This document shows positions 12,051-26,095 of a stretch of 64,000 nucleotides of DNA, piece by piece. The notes under the pieces are model-generated. The model was not told the DNA's origin. It searched no databases and saw nothing but the letters and a program-made list of their open reading frames with translations. Every line of letters begins with the position of its first letter. Position 1 is the stretch's first letter. Where the stretch lies: assembly GCF_001194135.2 (NCBI RefSeq), contig NC_068988.1:13616762-13680761 (forward strand), given 5' to 3'. A program made the position numbers and the translations under genes. The stretch comes from Octopus bimaculoides (taxonomy: Eukaryota).

Positions 12051-13808
12051 CATGACAGAACATACCATTATTTTAAACCAAGGCAGTTTACAGCTCTGTT
12101 TCTAAATTATATGGGCTACTTAATGACCAAGATATTAAATTTCCTATTCAAAATGTATATGAAATTATATTTATTTCTATTTTGGGGACATATAAAGAGA
12201 ATAAGCAGCTTAAATGTCATTGTTCAAAAACTTGATTTTCCTCTTCTAGCTCTGGAGTTGTCCAATACATAAGACTTCTCAGATATGAACAGAAATTACA
12301 AATTATTCTTAAACAAAAGGAACTTAACCCAATATCAAAACTAGGATATAAGTCAAATGTTTTAGTGAGAATAAGTAACTTTAAATTTATTAGTACAATG
12401 TGTTGTAGGTATTTCTGCAGGGAATCTGTTCTTTGAAAGTTGTACTTGAACAGATGAAATAACTAATCATTCGAAGATTTTATCTGCAGAATGGTCAAAT
12501 GTAATAGTCAATATCAAACTGAACGAGGAATTATCCATTTGGCAAATAATAAATACTAAAGAATAGTCACATCCAAAATTTGTTCTATATAAGTTTGGTG
12601 AGTGTAGCAGTAGCCTAAGCCACATGCAACAAAAATTGTGACATTAATAGATGCTGATATGACAGCACAGTGCATATAAGAATGGGTAATATTATTACAA
12701 AAAACAAAGAAATTTTAATTTTAATCAAAATGTAAATGAAATATTTTAGCCTGTAACCATTGTGAAGGAACAATGGAAACAAGTAAAAAAAAGGGTCAGT
12801 TAAAATAAAAATTCGTTTGGATTATCATGTCATCATAACTATCTTCTAGATTAGTGTTTTACATCCCATACAAAGAGTAAAATGTGTTGGAAAGATCATA
12901 CGTAACAACTTTAAAGATATAGATGCATATCATTCTGAAAAGATATGCATCAGTCATTTTAAGGTATTCTAATTCAAGAATTCTTTGATCTATTTCCACA
13001 AAGATTACAACCATTCATAACCTTAGCAGCAAAATCAATATTTTCTGTAAACTATCACTGATGCCATTTTCTCTTAGGTTGGCCTTAGAATAACCTCTGA
13101 AATGTAAAATTACTTCCAAAAAATTATTTTGGGACTTTCTACAGGTATTTTTTGGTCTGGGGGCCTTCTAAGCTAAAAATAAAACATTGGAAAACTTCAA
13201 ATTAGTGACAGTGTATTAAGTAAAAGTAAAGGGTATCAGCATTTGGTAAACAGGAAAAAGCATGCATCAAGATTTTCAGAGACATATTTAAATGATCTGA
13301 AGCATTTCCATTTTATTCTATTCAGCTTTTTTTTAATGAACCAGGTACATGATGTGATTACATAACACTAAAACCACTTCTCTAGGGCAGACATTTCTAT
13401 ATAGAAGCTATTATCTCACTATAAAATAGTGAAATTCCTCTAGAACTATAATTACACGATTTTATAGTTCTAGACATGAATCAAACTGAAACAATTCTTT
13501 TTTGTCTTGTCTGTCAGTCCATTTTTGGTAAAGTTTCAGAAAAGTGACTTTAACAAAGTTAAAGTATGTAACACAAGCTTTATTGTCCACAGCTTTTGGC
13601 TTATAGAGGGAGTACTTAAAGTCAATAACAAAATAATTTACTGATGTTACTTTTCTTGCAAGAACAACTTGCTTTATCACAAAAAACTACAAAATCACAG
13701 GAAACATCAAATCTTTTTCAGCTCCTTGAAAACCTGGTTGAACAAATGGCTGCTCTAGCTGGAGTTTTGAGATATAATTCAAAGGATTTTTTTTCAAGGA
13801 AACCTGGA

Positions 13809-14027
13809 CTCTCTTTTACCCTTTTATTTGTTTCAGTCATTTGACTGTGGCCATGCTGGAGCACCACCTTTAGTCGAACAAATCGACCTAAGGACTTATT
13901 CTTTGTAAGCCTAGTATTTATTCTATTGGTCTCTTTTGCTGAACTGCTAAGTTATGGGGGACATTAACACACTAACATCGGTTGCCAAGCAATGGTGGGG
14001 CAGACAAACACATACACACAAATACAT

Positions 14028-14086
<59 letters not shown>

Positions 14087-14251
14087 CACGACAGGCTTCT
14101 TTCAGTTTCCGTCTACCAAATCCACTAAAAAGGCTTTGGTCAGCCCAAGGCTATGGTAGAATACACTTTCCCAAGGTGCCACGCAGTGGGACTGAACGCG
14201 GAACCATGTGGTTGGGAAATAAGCTTCTTACCACACAGACACTCCTGTACC
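13809..14251 (-). mobile_element. Full-length family A tRNA-derived SINE (head, TG microsatellite, body, GTAAAAGAG-type tail)
   Basis: Pol III A/B-box-like head at the right end, internal (TG)n 14031-14078, body homologous to 63787-64000 and 34071-34230. Confidence 0.9.
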
Positions 14252-14470
14252 ATTTAAATTTTTTAAATATTTTCCAAGTAAGAAAAACCTAAGTTTACCA
14301 AGTATTACTTCAAAGTGTGATTATGAAACACTGGAATTTATCATCCACTTCTATCATAACTAAACATAATTACTTTTACTTTGAATATTCATCTGGTTTC
14401 TCAGTTATTTTACACAACCAACATTTCAAAAGCTGACAAGACATGTTCATCTTAGCCATGGTTTTCTGTT

Positions 14471-14693
14471 TTAACCCTTTAACATTCAGATTACTCTCAA
14501 GTATAATTGCTTATTTATTCACATTGTTTTGAATCATGCATTATGTTGTAGCTTCAAAATAATGATGATGTGATTGCTTATTTCAAGAATGACATTGTAG
14601 GGTAGGTATGAAAAGCTGGATTTGGCTGGTTTGAATGTAAAACAGGTAGAATATTTAGGCTGGATATGGCTGGATTAAATGCTAAAGAGTTAA
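14471..14693. mobile_element. piggyBac-type MITE, family G
   Basis: TTAA-CCCTTTAACATT ... AATGCTAAAGAG-TTAA; about 220 bp; five homologous copies in the window. Confidence 0.85.
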
Positions 14694-15549
14694 ATATACT
14701 CATATCTCTGAAATTCAGTATTACACTCACAATGTCTTCATCATACAATGTAAAACCATGGAAAACTGAGTTTATTAATATTGTCATATGATACAGTTTT
14801 TTTATTAAGTAGATGTTGAATACTTGCAGGCATTTTTTTTAATGAAAAAGAGTAACAATTGATAACATTTGGAAATGCTATCTTTTTCATTGAATTTGTA
14901 ATTGAATCAGCACAACATTTTCGAACATTCTTTATCAATAGAAATAATAGTGAGTTTTAAAACGAACCAAAAACAAGCATGTATCTCTTACATGAAAAGT
15001 TGTAGTAGAAGAAAAAAAAAAGAGAGAAATTTTGGAAGTTATTTTTATATTTGTTTTAAAACACCCTTGAAGCTTTTTAGTTTTTTTTTCTTCCCAGATC
15101 AAATCTATCAACGTTAACTCTTTATTATTGATGTTAACTGCACACTTGTAAATCATAACAAATTTTTACATTTAAGAGTCCATAACATACAGTTACACAA
15201 ATTCTCTTGTGACTAAGCATACAGAATACACTAGAGAAACTTTTCATTAAATATAACAGGGCACCCAAGAAAAGTGGGGGAGGGAAACAGTTGCACGTAC
15301 GGCAACAAAATAATAAACATTATAAAAAAAGGCTAACAGAATTTTATCAATAATGGATTTAGAATATTATAAGATGAGGGAAATGACTAATAACAAACAA
15401 AGATTTTCCAACAAACTCTGAACTAACAAAAATGAATTTGAAAACAACTAACTATTCAGTGGCATTGACCAAAATATGGAGAGAGTAAATATTTTTGCGT
15501 TGATTAATTGAGTAGCATTTTTTAGCCAAAACAAATTACACCAGTAAAC

Positions 15550-16950
15550 AATACTAAACAAATTGAGTGGTCTCTTCATTGTTTGTAATCTCTGTATATA
15601 TAAATACCATTATTACAAATTCTATAATGTCTATTTTCCTGTACTGGCATGGATTTGATGGATCATATATATTAATCTTCAGTCATGATATCTGTAAGGA
15701 CCAACATCATGAGATCTATTCTCACCGCTTCATATTAGATCTATTTTTTCTGGTATAAATTAATATTACTAAGAAATATTACCGGTCCCTGGCACAATGG
15801 AAAAAGAAAAACTGCCAATAGATAGTTTGAGAAGCACTGATCTACATTACTGATTCTAGCCATTACAACAGATAATGCACCTAAGCAGTTCATGGACATC
15901 TTTCCAAGGATGCTATAAGTGATTCTACTGCTAACATGTAGTAATTTCTGTCAGTTTGCTAAAGACCCTGCTATATATTTCATATACCTTTGTCTGCACT
16001 GCTTACATAATATTGAACCCCTAACTACTTTCCTACTTATCAATCAATCAAAGCCACTTAATATACAACAGCAGGATTCTGTGTTTATTATTGGTTACAA
16101 CTTTGGTCTTTGCTATGTCAAATTTTCAGGATTGGACTCTAGTCATTCATGCTTGCTTAACTTTCTTAGCACCAACCACACTACAGAGCACAGGCTCCTA
16201 GCAAAGGACATTTGAAGGTTGTCAGTTGGAAAGAAGAGTTACTTGGTTCTAGTAGTTAACACACCAAAAAACATGGCATTTGCTGTCTCTCGTTCTGATA
16301 TAACCATAACAATATCTTATCCAAATTGACCCTCTCTTGCACTAATTTCATTATCATTCACTGACCAACTTTCAAAATTGGTCCATCTACATACTTTTGT
16401 CAATGTTTTAATGCATTAATTAGCTCAAGGACTTTGCAGTTATCTTATGATCTGCTATCAGTTTATGGTAATATCATTAGGTATAACGCCTTACATTGAC
16501 TGATTATTCATACAAACAGAAATACCAGTAGTTGCATATGTGATAAGTAATTTGGTCATTATCAATGATGGACCTGATATCCTCCCTAACTTCATTCCAG
16601 ATCATACCGAAGCATAATAGTCTTAATAGATAGTCTTTCAGTTACTTCTTACTAACCCACCTATAATTCTTCATTGAACTTCTCACAGTAACATTTCTAT
16701 ATTATTTCTATTTTGTTACTGAGAACAAATTTACCAATATAAGACATTAATCTCCAACATCGTTTTTGCTAATAGAGTATATTCCTTGCAATTTGAAAAA
16801 CTTCATGCTTTTTACTCTCTCAGTGTAGAAATTAGCAAACCTCCTACTCTGAGCCTCTTGGCATAATAGACATGCTATCAAGCTTCTTGAAACTACCCTT
16901 CGTTACCTATTTTCCTTTACCCCTCTAAGTCTACTGATTAGCTAAATACA
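15550..16950 (-). mobile_element. Decayed RTE-clade LINE fragment (RT and downstream region)
   Basis: Minus-strand relics LES...IAKTKV (consensus LESKGLRVNLAKTKV) and a Cys-rich ILCKQC segment; many stops and frameshifts. Confidence 0.65.
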
Positions 16951-17299
16951 CACATTGGTATACAACAATTCTATCTATGAAAATAGAAGCATACAGAAAA
17001 TAGATTTTGAAAATTACACTACATATATAAAAAAAAAAAAAAGAAACATTTATTATAAATACATTCAGTATTAATGACTATACTAAAAATTGAAGAGGTT
17101 GACACAAAAATTAATAAACCAATGTTTTCAAATAAAATCTGACCTGAGAGAGAGAGAGTTTAGGTGAGACTAGCTGGTCACTTGGCACAAAAGAAGAAAA
17201 ACTAAATATAAATATTACTTTTATAGTGATTGAAAACATCATCTTAGGAATGAATCCAACTTGGTTACTGAAAATAGAATGGGTAATGAAGCAAACAAT

Positions 17300-17549
17300 A
17301 TAATTTAAATGCTTTATCTCTTTCTCTCCCTCTCTCTCTTTCTAAATGACCTCCCCATCTCTAACTCGCTCTAAATGGTCTCTCTTTCTCTCACAACCTC
17401 TCTCTACCTTCCCCTAAATGATCTCTCTCCCTCTCCTCTCCCTCTAAATGATCTCTCTCCCTCTCCCCTCCCTCTGATCTCTCTCCCTCTCCCCTTCCTC
17501 TGATCTCTCTCCCTCTCCCCCCATCTCTCTCTCTCTAAATAACCTCTCA
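17300..17549. repeat. CT-rich degenerate minisatellite
   Basis: Repeated ctctaaatgatctctctccctctcc-like units of about 25-30 bp. Confidence 0.85.
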
Positions 17550-17880
17550 GTTTTTCCTTTAGATTGCACAGAAGTTGAACGTACCCTTATATTCTAACCT
17601 GCCAATTAGTGTAGTGTTATTGAGGGTGATATGCTGAAATACTTGGGCACTTGGTAGATAATATCCCAAAGCATGTCTTTCAGGACCCAACAAAATTAAA
17701 TGTTGCCACTTTTGCTTGGTCCTGAAGACTTGATTTCAAGTCTTTTTAAACATTCATCAGTGAAAGAATATCATCTTCTGATGAAGGAGAGAGCTTAATA
17801 GCTTATTGCATTGACCAGACTACTGAAAGTTGTCATACATCTCTGGCCACAATGTGGTTCCTCACATTGCTTTAGTTTTG

Positions 17881-17978
17881 AATGATGTCAAGAGCAAAAT
17901 GTACTCCTGGTCTGGGAATTAAAATAGCAATCTTACAATCACGAGTACAACACCCTAACCACTAGGCCGTACACCTTC
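17881..17978 (-). mobile_element. tRNA-derived SINE head (family E), truncated
   Basis: caccctaaccactaggcc is the reverse complement of the E head ggcttagtggttagggtg seen at 37857. Confidence 0.7.
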
Positions 17979-18112
17979 AGTAGCTCATAGATTGTTGAAG
18001 TATATAGAACAAGACTCAGATGAACTGGTCAGTCTGATTTGCATTACAATGCATACACTAAAAATATAAAGCACCACACAGCACAGATGAATTAATATAC
18101 ACACAAGTGTGG

Positions 18113-18150
<38 letters not shown>

Positions 18151-18669
18151 TGGAAGATAGACTGGAAAAGGTGAACTGAGGGAATATGAACTACAATTTG
18201 TTTAAATCTAACTGTCCATTGTATACAAGAAAGGAAATATATTTTGCCAAAATATTTTGAGTAATGTAATTTACATTAGGAAAAAGGAAAAGTTCATCTT
18301 TGTTTTTATTCACTATCTATAAAAACTACAAATCTATTTAAACACACATACAATGCCTACTATATATATATATATATATATATAAGACTGTCAATGGAAC
18401 AATACGATAAAAATAAAATACACATAGGAACAAACATCAAGTGGATATTATTTTAGACAGTCTAAGTTTATATTCCACTCAAGGAGTATTATGATGCTGG
18501 GTCTCTGAGCAAGGCACTTAAGTTTATAAGCCCTACTTTATATACCCTAATAGGACAGGCTTATTGATTATTTCACTATTCAAGGAGTTAATCACAATCA
18601 AATTTTAAATGCCTTTTTTTTGTTTTGTTTTTATTTTGTGCTATTTTAATCATTTTGTCTACTGTAGTA

Positions 18670-18860
18670 TGTATGAAAGGTGACAGTAGGTGAAGAAGTG
18701 CCAAGTAGAAGAAACTTACAGAAGAGGAAGATGTAAGAAAATGTGGTGAAAGCTAATTTTGGTATGTTGAACCTCATGAAGGAGATGACAAAAAAAATGC
18801 AATGAGTGGTGAGACACTGTATGGGAAAGACTCCTCTAACCCATACATACATATAAAAAA
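18670..18860 (+). mobile_element. RTE LINE 3' end
   Basis: VKKCQVEETYRRGRCKKMW resembles the RTE C-terminal GRP..TW region; ends in a ctaacccatac tail variant. Confidence 0.6.
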
Positions 18861-19112
18861 AATAAAGGAAAAACAGGAGTAAAATTATGATGGTGTTTAT
18901 CTTAAACCTAAATGATAGACAATATCTTGTTAATATTTCAAAATCTAAAGAAATATAAACAAAATGATAAAATAGATTATCTGATTGTATATTAATAATA
19001 ATAATAAAACAATAAAATAATAATAATAAAACAAGTTAGTCTGCTAGCTGTGAACAGCTGACACTTTCCATCATACCCAGCAAAATAAGCAGAGTTTTCA
19101 TCAAATAATATT

Positions 19113-19328
19113 AATCCTTTTCACTGTAGGTATAAGGCCTGAAATATTGGAGGAGGGGGCTAGTTAATTTCATCAACCCCAGTACTTAACTGGTATTTAT
19201 TTCATGGACCCCAAAAGTATGAAAGGCAAAATCAACCTTGGAGGAACCTGAGCTAAGAACGTAAAACCAAAAGAAATGCTGCTAAGCATTTTCTCTGGTG
19301 CTAACAATTCTCCCAACTCACCATCTTC
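19113..19328 (-). mobile_element. tRNA-derived SINE family D
   Basis: Homologous to 23010-23452 and 52616-53038; (AAT)n at 19329-19370. Confidence 0.85.
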
Positions 19329-19372
<44 letters not shown>

Positions 19373-21549
19373 AAATATATTGGAGATGGAAATAAAATAG
19401 TCATCACAATTTTCAGACAAAATTTATATACATGGTGATGCTAGACCTGATCAACAGGTGGTGAAAAGTTTGAAATGCATTGAAAACATGGAAAATTAGG
19501 AGTCATACAGGTAGATAACAGGAGTGAGATAATTTGCACTTAATGACTCTAATGGAAAAGATTATTGTACATTATTATTATTATTATTAGAAAAAGTATG
19601 TTGAGGAAAAAAAAAAGATTATGATGATTTAGAAGATTCTAACAGAACTAACATGTTTAAGTAAATAAATTATACACAGAATAGGATTTTTCATGACTAG
19701 CATTCCAGAATATGTATATGAGATTATATACTGAAGATGTCGGTGTTGATTGATGCAAGAAAAAAGTAAAAAAACAAACAAAAAAACACTACATAGCAGG
19801 TGAAAAATATGTGGTTAAAAGTAATAACTTATGATAATTCAAAACTGTCAATTCCAGGGGTATAGTTTATTTGACACTGACAAAGAGTGATAAATATCTT
19901 GTAAAGGCAAATTCCATTTCATGATGCTGCTAAATATTGGATCAATATAAATAATAAAGGTAATAAAGTGATAAAAGCTAGGGAGAGATATCTATTAACT
20001 GTTATTCATCTGAATATTTAAAGCTTTAATTGTAACATTCAAGATACAAATAAGCTAATAAAATTACTTTCATTGCAGGGAGGCTCTAATGGTAAATTTT
20101 TGGTTATTTACCAATGTTTTTTAACCATATATTTTTTTTAGCTGTTTAAATATCTGTGTACAGTGCACTGAAGAAAGTAACACAATAACCATCCAGGGAA
20201 TTAGATTTAAAAAAAACATAGGAAAATACAGAAATCCTTAAACAAAATTTATTCGGTGTTCAATAAACAGGCAACAGGCAATGAATGATAGATGAAACTT
20301 TACAACAAAAACAACCTCATGCAGTGACATCAATAATTCACTGAACAGTGGCTTCACACTACACAGAGCACAGCTAATGGTTGGTGAACATTTAAACAAA
20401 ATGTGTCAAATACAGAGAGAATATGATAGAGCCAATTTTTCAGAATGTTTCAAAATGAGTGAAGCATACGCACACAAAATGTAGACAACACAATGAACTG
20501 CTTTTGTACAATTTGAATTGAAGAATAAAAGGTAAGATAAAACCAATTAGAAAAGTTACATTTTAACACCCTAGACTGTTCTTTCTGGTTTGGCACTTTT
20601 TCTGAGGCTCTTTTACAGGAAAAGGTTATGATGAGAAGGTTACAGCTATAAAGAGAGGATTATGAATTATAAATGTTAATAAAATGAGTGAATTGAAAAG
20701 TGCAAGTGTGTAATAATTGATCAAGTTGCTCAGAGTGACTCCATGTTTTAAATGTTGAAATTGAATCTTGAACAACAAGGCTGATGAGGGGAATTCCATA
20801 TTAGTTTTCAATTCTTTGATAATTGTTGCTGTCTATGTCTTTTAACGTATTAATAACTATAGCACACACAGTCTTAATATTCATCATAAATTAGCTTTTT
20901 GTACTGTGACACATGATCTCCCTTCTCCTCACTATCCTTCTGCCTTTCATCTTTTCACATACTCTGCTCTTATCATTGTTGTATCCATATGATTATCACT
21001 GTTTTTTTTTTGTGAAATCCGAACAAGCCACATACTTTTTCTCCCCCAACTCCTTTCAGCTGATATTTCTGAAAGCCAATTTTCCTTTCTATTTCCTTTG
21101 CACTAGTCCTCTTGCTGATGGGTTTTTTCTAAATCATGAGATGCTATTCTCTTTGTGTTAAGTTATAAGACTTGTATTTTTCATCTTCTGCCTTCTACCT
21201 TAGTGATTTTTGCCAGATGAATAATCTTGTGTTTTAATGGACCAAAATTACTATTACTCCTATGGTAATATGGCCAACGAAGAGTATTTTTACATCTGCT
21301 TGTTTTCTATTCCTTGTTAATAATTATTTATGTCCTTTCACTTAAATGCATATGCAAGTGTAAATGAATGTCCATTGATTTTTAATTAGCATGTGAGTAG
21401 CTGAGAATTCCACAGACATGTGCTTTCTTTATGTAATACTCAAGCAGAATGAGCGTAACACTGTGACAAGGTTGAGTTTTTGAATTACAAGTACAATCCA
21501 TCCAACAAGTTTCTGTCTATCTAATTTCCCTCACAAGGTTTAGGTTAGA

Positions 21550-21785
21550 TATTTGCCCGAGATGTTGTGCAATCAGATTTCATGTGATACTTCCCAACCG
21601 TTTTTATCATGCAACATCCAAATGTGAATGTGTGTGTGAGGTGGTACAGGTAGGAAAAGTGCCTTGCAACATTTAATAACATCTGTATTCCAAATCTTAT
21701 TGAAAGCATCTCTGCCTTCCTTCGTCCCTTCAATGTCAATTCTTTTATACCTTTGAAGGTGGTGACCAATGCAGCCACAGTCTAA
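21550..21785 (-). mobile_element. Decayed RTE-like RT C-terminal remnant
   Basis: EGRDAFNKIWNTDVIKCCKALF resembles the RTE AFxKL..IW....K..LF segment. Confidence 0.4.
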
Positions 21786-21823
21786 TAGCTGAAATCTCTC
21801 TCTCTCTCTCTCTCTCACTCTCA

Positions 21824-21858
<35 letters not shown>

Positions 21859-22814
21859 CACAGCTATTTATGCTTATTAATCAACAGGACAGGAGCTACG
21901 TCTTTCTCTCATGGGTTCAAAAATGAGATCTTGGAACTCTCACTACAGCTCTTAGTTTATTTAATGCATCCAGTACTCAGCCATTGTTAGAATCTTCTAA
22001 CATGTTATTCAATAATAATTTCCTTGATACATGAATTGTATAGGGATGCCTTTCAAGCTGTTCAAAACCTGCTGCTCCTGTAGTTTCCTTATGCTAATTT
22101 GTATATATTATATAAGATATGGTACTATATCTTTATATGATCCATTTATGTAGCCATATTTACATTATTTTTGAATCAAAGGAAAAAAAAAAGTTGTATA
22201 AGTGTTCAAAGAGGATGGAAGTTCCCTCACTGTGCTAGAACTGAGTATATTTGGTTATATGCATAAGCACTTGAGACACTGGAGTTGAGTTGACTCATTT
22301 TTGATAGTGGGATACTTTCTGGAGTTTTCCACATTACATATGATGTAATATGCACATTTTATTCTTATTGACTAATTGAAAGAGGTTAAGAGAACTGATT
22401 TGCATATAATTAGCAGGTTACATCATCTGAAAAAATTTAATCAGCACAGGGACAGCTAAGGTATTTAGGAGATGTCATTTAAAAAACATAATTTTTTTCC
22501 TATAAAAGGGGAAATACTTAAGGTATGCATAAAATGTATGATGCTATATAGCAGTAAAACATGGAATTGGGAGCAGGAAATTAACAAGAGTTGTCAAGAA
22601 TGTATGATGTTCATTTTTGAAACAGGTTTCACAGTAAATTGAGAAAGGAAATGAGAAAAAAAATGAAATGTAATGTGGGTATGTGTGATATATATGTATA
22701 AAATTAATATTGACAGCTGTGTGCAATATGTTACCAAAAAGGAAAGCTAAAATTGTCACTAAATATGACTAGGGTGTTAGAACACCTACATTGCAAGAAA
22801 TAAGATCTAAAAAG

Positions 22815-22848
<34 letters not shown>

Positions 22849-23009
22849 ACGCATAATGATAGCTGAATAAAAAAGCAGGAGGAGCTTGCAGAAGGGGAAG
22901 ACAAAGAGGGATCAAATAATGAGGTTTGATCTCAAGACACTAGCAGAACATGTAATACCAATAGGGTACACTAAAAAACAAAATAATAAATAAAAATAAT
23001 GATAATAAT

Positions 23010-23452
23010 AATCCTTACTGCTATAGACACAAGGTCTGAGATTTTCGCGGTGGGGACTAATTGATTACATTGACCCCAGTGTTTCACTGGTACTTAATCT
23101 ATTGACCCTGAAGGATGAAAGGTAAAGTCAACCTCGGCAGTATTTGGACTCAGGATGTAAAGACAGACAAAATGCTGCTAAGAATTTTTCCCAGCATGCT
23201 AACGATTCTGCCAGCTCACCGCCTTGAAGTAATCATAATCCTTTTTGCTTATAGCACAAGGCCTGAAATTTGGGGGGAGGGGTTAAGTCGATTACATCAA
23301 CCTCAGTACTCAACTGGTACTTAATTTATCAACCCTGAAAGGACAAAAGGCAAAGTCAACCTCGGCAGAATTTGAACTCAGAACATAGTGACAGAAAAAA
23401 TACCACTAAGTATTTCATCCAATGCTATAATGACTCTGCCAGCTTGCAGCCT
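23010..23452 (-). mobile_element. Head-to-tail tandem dimer of family D SINEs
   Basis: Two ~215 bp copies (about 23010-23226 and 23238-23452). Copy 1 has A-box TGGCAGAATCG and copy 2 has B-box GAGTTCAAATTC on the minus strand. Followed by (TAG)n(TAA)n to 23519. Confidence 0.9.
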
Positions 23453-24535
23453 TAGCAGTAGTAGTAGTAGTAGTAGTAGTAGTAATAGTAGTAGTAGTAA
23501 TAATAATAATAATAATAATGCTTTATGATTTGAATTAAAATATATAATATAACTATGAAAAGGATGATAAAAAAAAAAGATGTATGTTATCCTTTACATT
23601 AAACCTGCCACTAAATAATCATGTTCAAATCATCCTGTAGTCATTGTACCCTAGAACTACCAGTAAATATTTTTCAACTCTTACAGCCTGCTATTTATCA
23701 ACTGAATTCTTCCTACATCAATTATGCAATCTAAGATTATAGAAATATTGCTTCTCATATTAATTAATCTTTAAAACAATTCTTTAAAATTAGCAGAAAA
23801 TATAGAAACAAAACAGATTTCTCATTAACATTGGTGATTTTAGTAGGAAATTGTCATTTGTTGTTTGTGCAAATATATGTCTATGTCTGTAAATGTATTC
23901 ATAATGAATAATTATGAATGCATTATTTACATTGATTTAGGAATGTGTTTATATATTTATAATGATTGAGAATATAATTAGCTTTAAGAGTATATTTTCT
24001 ATTTAATTAGGTAGGCAGTTAATTTATGGTTAAATATACTATCAATGAAATTATGTGTTAACACTTCTTACATAACAACTGAAGCTCAAATAATACAATA
24101 TTTATCATTTGTTCAAAATTATAGTAATTAATTACAGAGAGATATAGTTATAAAATGATATTTAAAGAAACAGATAAATTTGTAGGATTAAAAACACAGA
24201 CAGACAGAAAATTCAATCTCATAAGATGAATGGAAATATAACCAATAAACCTGCCAATATATTGACCTGCTAAAATTGATTAAATAAATGACAATGTTTG
24301 TGAAACAAGAATTTCTGAATCAAGAATCTCAAATATGCAACTTGAATGTTCAATTTCACCAATAAAATTCCAGAAATTTCTGAAGAAATAAAGCTTCAAA
24401 ACAATGAGAGTTATTCAATACTTGAGCAAATAAATCTAATGATATTAAACATTGAAAATTATAAGATAATGAAGTGGTTGTGGATTGTTATAATTAATCA
24501 GTAATGTGTATACAAACACACATACACCCATCCTA

Positions 24536-24572
<37 letters not shown>

Positions 24573-24577
<5 letters not shown>

Positions 24578-24753
24578 GATTTCAAATTTTGGCACAAGGC
24601 CAGCAATTTCGAGGGACCCCAATGCTCAGCTGGTACTTATTTTATTGACCTCTGTAAGGATGAAAAGCAAAGTCAACCTTGACGGAATTTGACAGATGAA
24701 ATGACACTAAGCATTTTGCCTGGTGTGCTAACAGTTTTGCCAGCTCACCATCT
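24573..24753 (-). mobile_element. Family D SINE, internally deleted
   Basis: ctggtacttatt...aaagtcaaccttgacggaatttga...gccagctcaccatct; adjacent to (TG)n 24540-24572. Confidence 0.8.
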
Positions 24754-25099
24754 CTAAGCCAGCTATAATTTGATAACACTGTAACTCAGCTCCATACAAC
24801 TCAAAGTGTTGTAGGTTCATAGAGCAAGTGTATCATATTAGGTACCTACAAGCCTATGAAATATTAAATCATATGGAGCTCAATCAAACTATTATTAAAT
24901 AATATACATAACTCCTACTAAATGTGTTGTGCTACTTTCGTTTATCCACTCACTGGTATATATAAGTATATAACACACATACACACACACAAATACACAT
25001 TTTAAATTACTAAAAATAAAAATGAATATTTCATTGAAGCAATGAAGCCTAATGAATTTGAACACAACAATTTAAAATAATATATTTACAACTTTTACA

Positions 25100-25670
25100 T
25101 ATGCATTTCTATGCAGGCATGAGTTGGATAGACCTATTTCAATTCAGTATTTTGCAACTTGTTGCAGTTGTTTGTGAAGTCTATCACCCTGATACCAAAC
25201 CTCACCCCACAAACTTCATCCTGTCTTCTTTAGTCTTCAACTTACATGTTCCTTCTGCTGGAATTGTTAAATACTTTTCAGTTACTATTACTGCTTATAT
25301 GCATTCCATACGAGCAGTCTCTTCCCTTGCACACTATAGCTGATAACTTTGATGATCAGTTTTACTTTCAGCAACCTAAGCATTGTCATTCATACATGCT
25401 GACATTACACACCCAGAAGAACATGCCTTATTTTTTAATATCTTTCACATCCAGTGTCCATATCTGATAACCATGTGGTATTACACTTTTTATACAAGCA
25501 TCATACAATCAAACCTTCACTTAGAGAAAGAAGCCCTGGTAATAATTTCCTGAATCCCACTTCCCCTCAAAAACTGACCCTTACTCTGGCTACTATGCTT
25601 TCATCACAACCACCTTCACTACTAATAAGGTCCTCTAGTTAACAGAAACTATCAACTAACTACTAGCAAA
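25100..25670 (-). mobile_element. RTE-clade LINE 3' fragment
   Basis: Minus-strand VDSFC*LEDLISSEGGCDESIVARVR and VKV*LYDACIKSV (RTE post-RT consensus), ending in ccaactcatgcctgcatagaaa, a variant of the shared tail. Confidence 0.8.
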
Positions 25671-25870
25671 CCATCTCAGTAATTAACAAAATTTGTGAAT
25701 GGAAATATGTATATGCATTTATGAATAGATAAGCATATAACAGCATAAATGTGTTTAAGTAACAATGTATAAACATATATAAAAATAATAGTTTATTTAC
25801 TAGCAAACAAATTTGTCATTTTCAATCTAAAAATAAAGTACTAATGTAAAAATGATTGTTAATCATTAAA

Positions 25871-26095
25871 TTAAGCCTTTAGCATGTAAACCGGCCATAT
25901 CCAGCAAAAAAATTTTACTTATTTTGTTAAAACTGGCCAGATCTGATCTCTCACATCTACCCTACAATATCATTCTAAACATATACAATCACGTCATTGA
26001 AATCTCAAAGCCACAAGATAATGCATGATTAACTGAAACCAATGTGTATAAATGAGCATTACATTTGACAGACTAAACTGAATTCTAAAGATTAA
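25871..26095. mobile_element. piggyBac-type MITE, family G (opposite orientation to 14471)
   Basis: TTAA-GCCTTTAGCAT ... ATTCTAAAGA-TTAA; body is the reverse complement of 14471-14693. Confidence 0.8.

Noticed and set aside
12922-12951. Perfect 10 bp inverted repeat GATGCATATC / GATATGCATC
   Set aside because: Short and AT-rich; expected occasionally by chance.
13644-14292. ORFs running through SINEs and (TG)n/(CA)n/(TA)n tracts (CVCVCV, HTHTHT, YIYIYI peptides here and elsewhere)
   Set aside because: Dinucleotide repeats lack stops in some frames; these are repeat artefacts.
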